Of a stretch of 32,909 nt of DNA, positions 32,784-32,909 are shown one piece after another (within the stretch, counting starts at the first letter, position 1; each line of letters begins with the position of its first letter). The notes below the pieces were generated by a model that saw nothing but the letters and a program-made list of their open reading frames with translations, was not told the DNA's origin and did no database searches. The translations under genes and the position numbers were made by a program. The DNA comes from a virus (lineage: Duplodnaviria; Caudoviricetes): positions 1 through 32,909 of the IMG/VR virus record IMGVR_UViG_3300036833_000578; one strand, 5' to 3'.

Positions 32784-32909
32784 ATGACTTGGGCAATACA
32801 AGATGACCTGATCGGCATGCCGCCGATCACGACTGTCGATGCCGCGCCGCGGATGCCGCCCGGCATGATTGCGCACGCCGTCGATCCGGTGCTCGGCGGG
32901 GGCGAGTTT
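32784..32909 (+). CDS. putative capsid decoration protein (partial)
   Basis: GGAG RBS, MTWAIQDDLIG...AVDPVLGGGEF; runs off the window end. Confidence 0.6.
   Translation, partial: MTWAIQDDLIGMPPITTVDAAPRMPPGMIAHAVDPVLGGGEF

Larger units (their letters stand above)
1..32909. mobile_element. Tailed dsDNA phage/prophage segment, probably infecting Alphaproteobacteria
   Basis: Terminase, portal, scaffold, capsid, tail fibre and P4-type primase are present and no host housekeeping genes are. CtrA/SciP/GcrA homologues point to the host group. No integrase or att site is visible. Confidence 0.95.

Overview
The whole 32.9-kb, GC-rich window is a segment of a tailed dsDNA phage or prophage. Its cell-cycle-regulator genes point to an alphaproteobacterial host. 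In order it contains: a tail fibre with a peptidase-S74 chaperone and a holin-like GAF protein; a Cro-like switch region; a Toprim primase and a P4/D5 primase-helicase followed by a 110-bp inverted-repeat origin candidate; a probable small terminase beside an AT-rich pac-like region; many small accessory genes; terminase, amidase, portal, scaffold and major capsid. I saw no integrase, tRNA or CRISPR array. Three observations stand out. (1) A compact cassette carries phage copies of three alphaproteobacterial cell-cycle regulators: SciP, a receiver-less CtrA DNA-binding domain and GcrA. A ribbon-helix-helix repressor with two matching palindromic operators sits inside it. (2) The portal gene is split at its Pro/Gly linker by about 3.3 kb of cargo, including an HhH-glycosylase-like protein and an Acb2/Tad1-like protein. 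(3) The large terminase has an extra, degenerate ATPase domain from a different terminase lineage fused to its N-terminus. All family assignments are motif recognition by eye from memory; no database search was run.
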